The notes: generated by a model not told the origin, from the sequence alone. DNA of 64,000 bases from Calcarisporiella thermophila CBS 279.70 (GCF_041956535.1 NW_027192196.1:328921-392920), one strand, 5' to 3'; numbered from the stretch's first letter, positions 24,615-37,319 are shown. Made by a program: numbers and translations.

Positions 24615-26395
24615 TTATTCAGCCACTGCCGTCTCTTCCAGCGATGCAGCCTGAGCAGCCGCTGCAGCCGCTGCAATTGCGGCCGCCTCTCTCTTCTCGA
24701 TTGTGCTGACGAGGACTTGACTCCGGAAAGCCAGACCTTTAGTGCGCTCAATCACTTGCTGGTAGACGGATGTGAGGTTTTGGTTCATTATGACCGTATT
24801 CTAGCGCAATACAAAATGTGAACCACTGATACCAGAATGAAGTAGTAGATACATGCATCATTACCTCTTCAAAGTCTATTTTTGCATCCATGCGCGTGTC
24901 ACGAATTAAGTTAACAATCCATTTTTCGCCATCCTCCTGGTTCATGTTAAGTCTCTCAGAGAGCTCCCTATTGAAAAACACATAAATTCAGTTAGTGACG
25001 CTTTTAAATTCGATCCAATTCATTCAACAACGATAGTACTTGATATCAATCTTTTGATGTATCCGGCAGTAGGTCTCCGCAATGAAGCATCTCGCGTTCT
25101 CAATGAACTCTTCATAGGCTGCAACCAAGAAGAAATCTTTTTGCAGCACCTCCTCGCACTCCTTCAACTTGCGCTGGGCCATTTCGAAATCAAAGTGGAC
25201 AAACAAGGCCTCCACAAACTCAGTCACAGGGTCCTGGTATTCGTACGACTCTTGCTGGATGATCTTGATGAGATCCTTCATGTAGTTTTTCCTGCGACGG
25301 TTGATTACCACTGCAGTAGCAAGATAGCGAAGAATCCAGGGGCAGGAGGTCTGAATCGTGTTGAGGTATTGGGGCTGGAAGAAGAGATCAACGCAACTAT
25401 CGCGACCTTTAGGGTGATTGAAGAAAACGAAGAGCGACCAATGGATAAGCCAAGTACGGTGATGGAGTTGCTGGATAAGGGTGTTAAAGCTCTAATTGTA
25501 ATAAGAAATATTAGGTGAGAAATCAGCAGACCACAGAGCAAGGCCGTGCCTAAATGGTTAAATGAAGAAAACCTACTCTTGAGTCGATCGCTTCTTTCAA
25601 TCGGTGTACCTCCTCTAGAGCTACATCCCAGTTACCAGTCAAGATTTCTGACGCAAGTTTGCCCCACAGTGCAGACATGTTTAGCTCATGATCCGTCGAC
25701 TAAACAAAGCAAAACAGAAAATCGGAATTTAGTGAATATGAAAGATGCTCCAAGAACCTAACATGTATATCCTACCAGAACGCGGAAATGATACAGCAGT
25801 TCTGCAGCACCGTCATATTTCCCGCAGTTATACAAAAATTTACCAAAGTCGTATAAGCCCTTGATCATATCGGGTGTTACCTAAATGTAGAGCAAGGCAA
25901 AAATTCAATCACTGCTCTCAGCATAGAAAATTACAATAGTAATTACATTATAGTTCTCCTTCAAAAACTGAAGGTTCTGTAACTTATCCTGCCGTAGTGC
26001 ATTTACGACCTCCGGATTCTCAATCACGTCCATCACACGCTGTACTCTCTCCGGCATTGTTTCCAGTTTAGCCAATACATCCTCACGGCGTGTCATAAGA
26101 TCCTTAGGGACATCTTCATCGGGGTGAAGCTGCTTGTAAAGATCGGTAGCAAAATCAACCATGTCAGTTTCGGAGATAAGATCGAACTGAGCCTGGAGCA
26201 GATCTTCAGCCTTATAGATCTATAAGAAAAACGTGGGTGGAGGGAGAGAATATAGTTTGAGAATTAGCCAGGTGCATTGGAGATCAGGATGGGGGGCATC
26301 TTTACCTCGCGAAGTGAGAGGAATTGCAGGAGCGGGTTGATCAGGTGACGGTCCAAATAGGGGACCATGCGCTGGGTGAGGTCGTGCGTCGCCAT
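24615..26395 (-). CDS. INT6: Translation initiation factor eIF3 subunit e (Int6), multi-exon
   Basis: '[14 protein letters not shown]', 'TDMVDFA', '[12 protein letters not shown]', '[18 protein letters not shown]' and '[12 protein letters not shown]'. Confidence 0.96.
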
Positions 26396-26637
26396 ATTAT
26401 CTATTTTTTAATCACACCCCCCAAAAAGATTAGGATCTTGAGTCGGAAGAAGGTAGAAAACTTGAAAATATTCACTTGTTTACTCTAATTTTTGCCAGAC
26501 TGCCCTCAAATAAAACATCGCCCTCAAAATCGAATTAGGGAAAGAAAGAAAAGTGAGACGAGAAACCGAGATAGAGAAGATCCTCCTTTTCCGACTTTCA
26601 TCTTGAAGAGAGAAACGAGGTCGCGCCCTCCCCATCG

Positions 26638-26831
26638 GTGAGTAGAAAGCAGCGAGCAGGACGATCTAGATGGATGGATGAATGAATAAGGAATGGATTG
26701 GTGACTGGGGGATGCAAAGTTCTCTTCCCTCATTCACATCCAGAATTAAGATTGAATAAGCTATCGATGATCGCGGTTCAAATTTCTTAGATCTTCTTCT
26801 AACCCACCATCTTCCTCTCCTACTATTATAG
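26638..26831 (+). other. 5'-UTR intron of RPL6
   Basis: GTGAGT donor at 26638, CTAAC branch and TATAG acceptor at 26831, which is 24 nt before the ATG. Confidence 0.7.
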
Positions 26832-26855
26832 AATCAAGTAGAGTCAACTCAAATA

Positions 26856-27643
26856 ATGCCGCGCAATTCTAGAAACCCCGCCCTTATCCCTGGCATTCCC
26901 CGCCTCTCTCGCTCTGCTCTTTACGCGAAGAAGGGTCTCTATAAGCGCCAGAAACAGGCGGCTCCTCAGGCTGCCGCTGCTCCTGAGACCGTTAAGAAGG
27001 TCACCGTTGGTGGTGAGAAAAATGGTGGCACTCGTCTCGTTCCCGTCAACAAGGCCCCGCGTTTCTACCCCGCTGAAGACATTCCTCAGCCCAAGAAATC
27101 GCGCAAGAGCGTGAAGCCTGCTAAGTTGAGGTCAAGCATCACACCCGGGACTGTCCTGATTTTGCTGGCAGGTCGCTTCAGGGGTAAGCGTGTTGTCTTC
27201 TTGAAGCAATTGGAGAGCGGCCTATTGCTCGTGACCGGCCCATTCAAGGTCAATGGTGTACCTTTGAGGCGTGTCAACCAGGCCTACGTGATTGCCACCT
27301 CCACCAAGATCGATCTCGGAAGCTTCAAGGTATGTGTACCCGGAATATGTCAGTGGCTTCCTTCTAGTCATCACTGATTGCCATTTGCTTTCTCTAGGTT
27401 GACGAGAAGTTCAACGACAGCTACTTCAAGAAGCCCAAGGATGCAAAGAAGAAATCCACCGAGGAGGAGTTCTTTGAGGGCGAGAAGAAGAAGGCACCTC
27501 TTGCTGAATCGAAGGTTGCTGACCAAAAGGCAGTTGACAAAGAACTCCTTGCTGCTATCAACAAGGTCCCTCACCTCCGCTCCTACCTGGCTGCCTCGTT
27601 CTCTTTGACAAAGGGACAAGCGCCTCACACCTTGCTCTTCTAA
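26856..27643 (+). CDS. RPL6: 60S ribosomal protein L6 (eL6); intron 27330-27397
   Basis: '[25 protein letters not shown]' and '[24 protein letters not shown]'. Confidence 0.98.
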
Positions 27644-27937
27644 AATGCTCTTTTTCTCTTGATACTTTGTTTCGGTATTTTCTTCTCATCCCAACACCCC
27701 TTGATCGCTTTTCTGAATAAATTTGTTTTCAAGCCAACCTTGGATAATGCTGGACTCTCGAAATAGAATCTAATACTACTACTAAGATGATTTATTATTG
27801 GGAAGAAAAAACGACAGAGCAACAACTATAAAGTGTATACAATCATAACAAATGAAAAAAAAAGTGGAGATGAAAAAAAAAGTACTTTCAAATGCAAATC
27901 AAAAAATATCGAATAAAGTCTGCAAGAGTCGGGACCG

Positions 27938-30090
27938 CTAATGCGCCTTCATTGAGTTACTCCTGCTTCTAATATCTAGCTCTCGGTATGCTTCGGTCAC
28001 CCATCTTCGTAGGTTGGCTACAAGCAATGCATGCTGCTTTCTCTCATCTTCACCCACTTCCGCTGCTTCCACCTCCCTCATACCCATTCCTCCCTCAGAC
28101 CCCAGATCTTGAGTTTCCTCTGCTTTTCCAATACGTTCAGCCATTGTCATCAATGACGTCCGCTTTGTGAGACCGTCCACTTCCACGTCTTCTGCGCCAT
28201 CGGTATGAGGCGCCGTCGAAGACGTTGACGATGCTGGGGACGAAGCAGATGTAGAAGAATGAGGTGACTCTTCCCTTTCCTTTTCCTTTACGGGACGCAC
28301 TGAGCTTCTGGCGGCGGATATAGGCGGCTGCCTCGGGTAGGATGCCTCCCACACTAGGGTCTTCTTTTCCTCTCTAGTGGGCTGCCTCTCAAGCTTCACG
28401 CCCTCTCGCTTAGCTGCACGTGTAACAGGCTGTGTGGAGTGTAATTGCTGGATCCAGTCCTGAGTGAAGAGCTGGGGAGTGGGCTGGTAATAGTGTCTCT
28501 TGCCAGTCGTGTAGAAACTGGGCGATGTGTTGGTCATGTCGCACGAAGGGGCGGTAAAATCAAACGTGGACTCGGTGATGGGAGTGAAACCGCTCCTTGC
28601 CACCGTAGTTGCCTGCATGAAGCCAGTGGATGGAGAAGCCGGCGACAATGGAGCACTCGATATTGGCAATTGCGACAGATCAACAGTTGGGTAGGCAGGA
28701 GGCGCAAAAGCCTGCTCTTCAGGGGTCGCTGTGATATCAAACGGAACGCCTTCAATGTTGTCTGTAGGAGTGCTAATGGAATCCGATGGGGTTAGCGAAG
28801 GATAGAGCGAAGCACTTGAATATAAATCCTCTGGCAATTTTGTCGCAACGGATTCTTGCTGGACAGGAGTACGTCTCACAGCTGGCTTCTTTCGTGTGCT
28901 CGATAAAGGTGAGGCAGAAGGATATTCTCCCACATTGAAATTGATGCCATTTTCAAACTCGATGTTCTGCGATAGCTCGGTTAGCCACATACCCAGTTCG
29001 CTAAGGTCCTTCTCATTCTGCAGCACTTCTGCTGCGGGCATGAATTCACCCAGCGAATCGAACATCATTGCTCCCTGTAGGCGGGTTAGACGTGTCGCCA
29101 TATCCTGGTTGTATTCTGGGCGGAGACGCTTGTTCTTAACCACCCCAAAAAATTCGTTTAGCACATCAGCTTGCTGCAGGTGCATGTTCGCCGGAGGAGT
29201 CTGATTTGCATTAGAGAAGTCGGACAGTAGATCAGCCTGATTAAATGCGCGCTTCGTTCCCGCATTGAGAGAATAAGTAAAGTTGCTAGGATTGGGCATG
29301 TCTACCATCGCCGCTCTATAAGACGAGTGACGGTCTGAAAACTCAGTTTGTGGGGAAGCCCCTAAAAATTGAAAAATTTGCACCATGAATAATTGTGATA
29401 CGCATCCATAAATATAGTATTATTTACTCACCCCCAGAAATAATGCTATGGGGTGATGGAGGAGCATGTCCGGGGGAGGATCGGCTGGAACGAAGAGACG
29501 GTGATAGCTCATCAATAGTGTAATGAGGAGGAGTAAGCGGGTGGTAATTGAATGAGGTAATTCGATGAGAGTTTGTACGAAGGGTTTCTTGGTGTGCCTC
29601 TGTGTGAATCTTTTCATGCTTTTTCAAGTCCTGGGGACGCTTGAAAGCTTTACCGCAAACCTGAGAGCAGATGTAAGCTACGGGACGATGGCGAGGTATT
29701 ATTAAATTTTATAACACTTACAGAACAAGAGTGGGGTTTCAACGGAACATGGACTCGTAGATGAGAAGTCAAATGATCTCGCTTGACAGTGCTCACTTCG
29801 CAACCGTCCCATTTGCCTAGTAAGGTATAAACATATGCATATATAAATTAAGGACGAAGGCAGAACGGAGAACATCAGGAGAATTAAGCGATCCTACATG
29901 TCAAGCAGAGGTTGTTTGTCGATTTCCGGCCAACATGGTCATTACATGCATGCATATATAAAAGCTCTGCATCATCAAACTCCCTAGTGCAATCTTTCCA
30001 CAGGCACCGCAAAGGGCCATCAGAATGGCTAGGTTGATGTGAGCGTGAGGTGTTCAATGCATGATTCATAATTGGGAGAACGTTTGTCAT
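27938..30090 (-). CDS. pacC: pH-response C2H2 transcription factor PacC/Rim101
   Basis: '[28 protein letters not shown]', '[20 protein letters not shown]', '[14 protein letters not shown]' and the YPxL motif 'LYPSL'. Confidence 0.95.
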
Positions 30091-30209
30091 TAAAGATGGA
30101 AATTTTTTGTTTAAATAAAAATTTTTTCCCTCTATCTAAACGACTAGGTCGATGTTGCAGATGTTGGTGAGCGGAAACCAATATTTTGATTTTTTTCCTT
30201 GATGATTTG

Positions 30210-30271
30210 CTTGGCGAATGTCTTAATGTGAAGGCTCCCAAACCTAATTTTCCTGCACCGCAACTCTTGGC
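30210..30271 (-). promoter_or_regulatory. Two PacC consensus sites (GCCAAG) upstream of pacC
   Basis: CTTGGC on + at 30210-30215 and 30266-30271, 120-180 bp upstream of the pacC ATG. GCCARG is the established PacC site. Confidence 0.45.
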
Positions 30272-30406
30272 AAAATCCATAATAGCACAAACACAAACTT
30301 TAGTGTAAAATTGCAAGGGTCAAGGGTATTTTCCACTCAATTTTCTACTGTACAGTAATACCAATCATATAGAATCCGAAAACCAGGGACACCCCTCAGC
30401 CCGCAA

Positions 30407-31687
30407 CTACTCAATACACTCATCCTCGTTATACGGTCGCTTCTGGGGGGTAGAAACCACTTTCTGCAATAAGAAGTTCTCCTCGGAAGTCTCTATCTGA
30501 TTTGGTCGCTGAAACGGGTGGCCGAGCAGCATCGCCATATTCAAGGCGAAATTCTTTGCCAAGCGGTTTATCTCAAAGGCATAGCTTTTGCCATCTATAC
30601 TCTCCAGATCCAGTAACGAATCATAAACTTCCTAAATAATATATACGACGCAATATTAACTACCTCCAAAGGCATAACAGCAATAGAGGAGGTTGCGTAC
30701 CTGAGGACTATTGTCGGCGGTAGGTCTATCATGTATGAAAATTACATCAATATAACATGATATTTTCGTATCGCCATATAGCTTGGCTAGGAGCTTTCAG
30801 TCACAATAGAAATTATAATCAGCTTAGTGTAAAAAAGGGGAAGAAATTGGCAAAAGTAAACCTCAGGAGTTGGTTTTTTTGGAATGACAGAAGTTCTTCC
30901 GTAGATAATGATAACTCGCAATACGTAGTCGTTCGCGTCCACACTTGCTTGGGACTGCTCTAGGTAGTTTTTACTAATAAGTATATAAAAAAAGTATATA
31001 GGCTAATTGAAATACTGGACAAATAAAAAAATGGATTGAAGGGCATACATAGTTAACAGTAGTTGATCAAGCTCTATAAATGTTTACGAGCAAAATTTAG
31101 AAGTATCCATAAAAAAGTTTTCAAAAGATTAGATTACCGAAAATCTCAAAGGATCCCATAGGCGTTAGCTCATCTATACCAGCATAGAGGAGTTCATAAT
31201 CGTTACAAAAATTGATGTACTATAATAAACATGATCAGAAACACAGAATAAATGAACAGGAAAAAGCAATTTTCAATTTACCCATTCCGCTCGATTTTTT
31301 AAAGTAATTACCCCAAATTCATGATCACTATTCCACCGGCCCTTTACGCTAATAAACCGTTTGATAAGTCGTTTCGCGAGATCCATCCCCACTCTAAGGT
31401 AGAATATAATCAACCTGACTGTAAGCATCGAATGCAAAAACTTAATTACGGTTCTCTGCCAATAGTCATGCCAACTCCTGTAGTCTTTAACGCTAGCGTT
31501 TTACTCATCTCATCGCTAACATCTACACAGAAAAGCTAGGGTTACTGGATTAATATAATGAAATCCCAAGTTTAAAAATAGAAGATGAAAAAAGACTTAC
31601 GACTTTTTCAGGGATGAAATCCTTAATATTTTTGGTGCTAGTCATATCAACCTCATCCAGGTCCATTTTCGACCCATCTTCCTCCAT
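30407..31687 (-). CDS. BABAM1: MERIT40/NBA1/BABAM1 homolog (vWA subunit of BRCA1-A/BRISC); multi-exon, missing from the ORF track
   Basis: Spliced 'IPEKVLFCVDVSDEMS', 'RFISVKGRWNSDHEFGVITL', 'DVIFIHD' and 'SYAFEI..NMAMLLGHPFQRPNQ' match human MERIT40 as recalled ('CPEKVIICLDLSEEM', 'KSHEFALV', 'MAKLLAHPLQRPCQ'). Confidence 0.85.
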
Positions 31688-32671
31688 GTGGTGATATTAA
31701 TAAAATGAGGGCAATAAGAGCACTATTGCCACAGCAATCAAAATTCGGTGGCTAGTTTGAATCATTCATCCCATATCAGGATATCCAAAATCAACTCAGA
31801 GTTCACTATTCGGATGAGGAAGTCGCACTCGCAGTTATCTAGGGGTGCATAGATTTTCTCGCTCAATACACTCCAGTAGGCTTTGTTGAATCTCTGAGCC
31901 TAATAACCGAATCTTCAATTATTTTGCGAATAGTAGACAGCCAGATAGAAATCCAGATCTACTATTTGACTCAACCTATTGCGTCTAATTAACTTAGAAT
32001 TAGGAATTATTATTTAATCACTGCAAAGGAGGATTTGAAAGATATTTTATGTAACTAGCTCACAAGTATGTCTACATAGAACCATACAAATATTTGAACA
32101 CTATAAAGTGTTGACTTTGCTAAGAGTACACCATTTTAAATAATCATTCATTTTTACTCAATGCATCTTTTGCTCAAAGATATCTGTTGTATACATTGAA
32201 CGACAACAAGCAAGTAGCAAACTGAGAAACACTTATTTCTCAATAATTTTTCATTGATATTTAAAACGTGTTTATTATTGGTAACTGGTTTGGTATGTAG
32301 TTAAAAAATGTTTCTTCTCTTCAATCAAACACATGGAGAGTAAATATCGTGGATAAAACGATTTCGCTCCCTTTTTGCTATTTCTGAAGAGAGATATAGT
32401 GCTCAATAGTTGCTCAACATACTGCTATTTTATCCTCTGAAATACCCCCTAAGATAATCAGCTGAGATGCAAATCGTCTTAAAATCAAGAAGAGGTTCTA
32501 ATGAGCTTAAATTCCATTAAAACGCGTCTTCTATTTTTACTAGCCAAATTATTTGTTCATTCGCGTTCATACTTCGAATTAGCGCTATTTCTCAGAGCCA
32601 ATCATTTAAGGGAATCTTAAAGATAACAGAAATTCTTGTTCTCCAATATTCCCATAATTTATAAAGACAAA

Positions 32672-34658
32672 ATGAAAGTCGACGCGACCTCGCGTTACTT
32701 TCGCGTTCGCGTCAAAGATGTCGACGACAAGTGGTTCCTACATCTCTATTGGCTTTCTGACCATGATGATATGCAGAGACGTGTATTTGAATTGGAAGTA
32801 ACGGACACAAAACGGTTTTGGACGGGGCGAAGTGAGTCCATCCAACATTGTACTAAAGCATCCGCATTTCAAATTTACGTGTTTTTTCACTCTTTTTTAG
32901 CCTCACTACAAGAACTTGAGAGAAAGAAACCAAAAAGTATCAAAGCGGAAAATTATACCCAAATTTTAGTAGATGCTCTCTCGGACAAAACATCTGAGAA
33001 CGGCAAGTCATTTGTGCAAGTGGAGATAAATGAATCAAATATAAAGGTATATTTTCCTCTGTTCTACGGATATTAAGCTGGAAGTTCCACTTATTGCCTT
33101 GTTCTAATGTACTTATTTCATGAATATCCTTTATATAGCTCACCTGGCACCTATTCGTAGAAGAAGTTGACGTGAGTAGAGGAATATAAGAGTTTGTTGC
33201 AGTGGGTCTAACTCTATTGCTTTACAATCTACACTCTATCTTATAATTATCAAGTTCATTCTCGCCAGTTTGGTTTTGAACCCCGTTTTGAACGGTGATA
33301 CACCAAGATTCTGGAATAAGTGGTTAATAGACTTTATGGGAAAGTTGAGTACTAATGAGGTTGGCGAATCATTGTTTTAGATAGGATGATTATATGTTGA
33401 TGATTGTCCCCTATGTGTAGAAAGAGAAAGCTGAGCTTGAAATGCAAATGGAACACCTTAGTTCTGAGCTCTGTGCATTGCAAGAGAATCAAGAAAGAAT
33501 GATCCTGGAAAAACAAGAGTGGGAAGCAGAAATCTTTGAAAAGGTGTGACGGGGAAATCATATTGTAAAATGAATTGTTCCATAACCCTCTTTCATTTTC
33601 TTGATCGGCTCAAGTTTGTGCTGTTGATCAACGCAAAAAAGAAAAAAATCAGAGAGTTGAAAGAAGCTTTGGACATGACAAAACATGGTAAGCCAATAGT
33701 TTTATTTGGTTGATCAGATGTTGGACAAATAATAAGTGCATTATTTTTTAGGTGAATCTGAAGAACAAGAACCGTCGTCGGAAGCAGCACCAAGTTTGAA
33801 GAAAGGAAAAGCGAAATTGTAATAATTTATTAAATCAATTGACATTTACGTTTTTGTTTATAATCTATTTTTTTTTCTAGAACTTTTTCAAGAAAGTATC
33901 TTCCTAAGCATGGGCACGCTCAGGCTAAAGCTGCCACTCTCCAACGCACGTACAGCCAACCTTCACTTGCTCATCGTGGTGAGAGTAGCACTTTCAAACC
34001 ACTTTCAAGCTTATCCCGTCGGGTAGAGGAGGCGGTTCATCGGCCATTGAAGCGTCCCAAAGTGGTTCTGGAAGAGCTATCTGATGAAGAATCGACAGAT
34101 GATGCAGAAGTGTTAGTTACCCCCAAGGTGACTGAAACGAGGCCTGGAATTCAAAAGGAATCAGCCGGGAGAGCAAAGGAACGCTCTCCAAGTAATACGG
34201 ATATCATTGAGGGCGAAACAATGGAAATAGATACCGAAGCCGAAGAAGTTACAAGTGATGAGCGCTCCCCGCAGAAGGCAGGCCAAAAGGAAGAGGAGGC
34301 GCAATCAACGGATCCACCCTCCATTTCAAAGCATAAACGGACTCCAGCCAATCCGTTAAGTGACTATGAATTGGAGCTTGTCTCCGAAGAAGAAACAGAT
34401 TTGGAGGAACCGGCGGCCGCCATGAAGGTAACAAAGCCCAGGCAGCTTAAAATGACATCAGATAAAAACCGAAGAGAAGGAGGTTTGGCAGATATCGACG
34501 AGAGAAAGGTGCCTCGGACATCCTCACCTATGGAAGGCGATTTTGTGCCGCAGCTAATAACCGACTTGGATTTGGCGGAAGGTTCCAAGGCTACGGAGAA
34601 GGGCACTTCAAGCAGAGCTACTAAAAATAAAAGTGACCCCGGCGGAAGCTTATTTTAG
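32672..34658 (+). CDS. XRCC4: NHEJ factor XRCC4/Lif1 homolog, multi-exon
   Basis: Head domain 'FELEVTDTKRFWTG', coiled coil ending 'EIFEKFVLLINAKKKKIRELK' (ligase IV-binding segment), and a disordered acidic tail. Confidence 0.85.
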
Positions 34659-35702
34659 GAACTCGCTCGTCGGATATCAAGTTAGAGTTAATTTGTTCGT
34701 TTTTAGCCACTATTTGTCGTTCTTTAATTTTTTTTTGACTTCTCCTGCCAGAGCGTGCTAATTTTTATTAATTATCCAGTGTAAAGTATACCCTTATTTT
34801 CGTGTAGTTTCTAGTTCGTTTTGCCACAATATAATATCTTTATTAATGCACTAATGAAGTCGCCGAAGCCGTAGTGTATGGCGGGAGAGGGGGGATTAAT
34901 TTTCTGAAAACAAAAAATTTTGCGAATCTATGGCCTCCAAACCCATGGATCCTTCATTCTTCTCAATGTAATTCCTCAAGGATCTTCCAACTGTTGAGTT
35001 ACACTAAAAACCCTACTGTGCATAGGATTGCACCAATTCCTATTGAGCTCGAGCCTCTTTCCCATTCCTCCTAAAAATTGAGTGAAAGAAATAACTTCAG
35101 AATTGTACTAATTCAAGGTGAGGTAGAGTCAGTGTTGAATCTGTTGGTTATCCAGAGCAATTCAAGTGGATTTGAAGGAGACCGATGGATTGTAATTTTT
35201 TCTTCTACACTGGTGTGCTTTTCTCGCTCTGGGTATCTACAAGGGATCTTCGTCCATCTTCACCCGTGTTGTTACACCTGTTTCATCAATCCAAAAAAAT
35301 ATTTTTATGACCACGAGAATGAACTTTAAAGCACTTCATGACTCGATGGACAATTTGGTCAAAAAGACTCATTTCAAGCAAAAAAAACCTGATTGTAAGA
35401 GATATTGAAGATATCGATGATAAATCCTATTCTTCTATTTTTTTTCTGCTCCCCTCCTTTCTCCCATTTATTTTTTCTTCCTTTAACCAAGGCTTACACT
35501 TTACCCCTTTTTAATTTCTCAGCAGAGTTCACTGCGCAAATTTTTACTGAAAACTCTTGTTTTTCTTAGTAATTTCCACCGCATTCAACCTTTTTTTAAG
35601 CTTTCACAAACACCCCTGTTTGTTCAGCGCCTTTTCTTCTCTACAGCTACTTCATAGCTGGCTTTGTCTTCTATACATTTTTACATATCAAATTTTCTCA
35701 TC

Positions 35703-36654
35703 ATGGGTTCAATCGTGTCTATGGAGTGGAAGCCTTGGCTCGGGATTTTATTCCAGAAGCTCTTGAAGCAACTGAAGTCTTCGTACTGCTATATAAAGAC
35801 CGTATTTGAGTTCTTTTCTCGCTGCATCGGGATGCAACGAGGCATGAAATTGCTGATGTGGCGCGGGAACGCTAACAAAGTATATTCTATTGAATTTTGA
35901 ATTACCGATTAATATTAATGCTACTTTATCTCTTCAGGTCGTTTCGAACGAATCGAAGCGTATTAAGCAAATAGGATTCGGTGATACTATTACTCCCATC
36001 TCTTCTAAATCCGAAGGGGATCTCTCTATTACCAGCCATGCGCCCAGTGAAGGTTATGTTACTGAACACGAAACTAGCATCCCACGCTCAATGCCTTCTG
36101 AACTTAGTCATTTTAAAAGCAAGGTGCATGCACGCTCTCATGATATTCTATCTAGAGCGATAGAGGGGCCGCAAGAAAACAAATTGTTGGCTCGCGTACA
36201 AAAGCTTGAGCTCGAGCTCAAGAATCGAGATAATTATATTGGCAAGCTCAAGGAAACCATTACTGAACTCAAGCAAATTTTGGATGCAAAAGATAAGCTC
36301 ATCGAGAAATATCACGATACGTATTCGCAACAAATGAAGAGCGAAATAGACGCAATTACTCAGCGCTTGCAAGCTCAAGAGTCGAGAATTGAAACCTTGC
36401 AGATCGATCTTGGAGAGAAAGATAAGATTATTAAAAAGCTCAAAGAGGAGAACGGAGAGCTCGAGCTGAAAGTTGAGATATTCGAAGGAATGGCCAATAA
36501 GATGGCCGACGTGTTCAACGATGAGCAAGACGAAGTATCGAGTGACACCACCACCCTCCATTCTGACGAAGAGTTTTTCCTGAAGGGACCAGGGGCACTG
36601 CTGGTTGAGATACTGGGAAAGGTGATACAAGAGGCAGATGAAAAAAGTCAATAA
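35703..36654 (+). CDS. Orphan coiled-coil protein with an N-myristoylation-type start (MGSIVS); intron 35880-35937
   Basis: The ATG 35703 exon splices in frame (NANK|VVSN) into the 254-aa ORF, which has a long heptad region. Confidence 0.65.
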
Positions 36655-36811
36655 TGTGCAATTATTATTCGTGAAAATTCACGATTAAAATTTGCACATT
36701 ATTGAGTATCGACATATGTGATAGCGTGTATAGTAGTAGCTATTACATAAGTCGATAGCAAATAATAATATAGCAAAAGATACTACAGTATCCTTTGCTA
36801 TATTATTATTT
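36648..36811. repeat. Three abutting inverted repeats (28-, 19- and 25-bp arms)
   Basis: 36648-36675/36678-36705 (25 of 28 complementary); 36707-36725/36739-36757 (17 WC + 1 GU); 36760-36784/36787-36811 (24 of 25). Confidence 0.92.
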
Positions 36812-37319
36812 TCAGAATTACATTATATTCTCCAATTGCTTATTATTTGCGAATGTTTTTTTACTACTTTTGCTACAATACAATTATAGTTGTATGTATT
36901 TGTGTATCGACTATACATATATATTTAGTTTGCTTGATCTTTTTCAATATCTTACTACTATACTGAATTATAGAATTACCAAGAGGTTTAAACAATAAAA
37001 TTAAGTAGTACATTTTCTGCAGTGTTTTTTCTTACATTTATCAATTACCGATATATTGTCCATACCTTAGTTGGGGATGATTGTTTTTATACCTTGACTC
37101 ATCTTTCTTAGAGACAAAATTGCAGCACAAACGCAACACTCTTTAAAACCGTGCTTTAGACATGAGGCTCATTCTCTAATTTATAATGTATAATGTATTT
37201 ATTCTAAGAATAAGGATGAGTATATTTTTGGCGAGGGGTAATGTAATTATTAAGCAAATACAAATTCCAGTATACATGAAGGAGAGAGAATTAAAGAGAG
37301 AATCTTGTATCAACCCACA

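Noticed and set aside
36788-36796. GTATCCTTT, a U12 donor consensus
   Set aside because: Lies within hairpin 3 in a 3' UTR, with no TCCTTAAC branch downstream.
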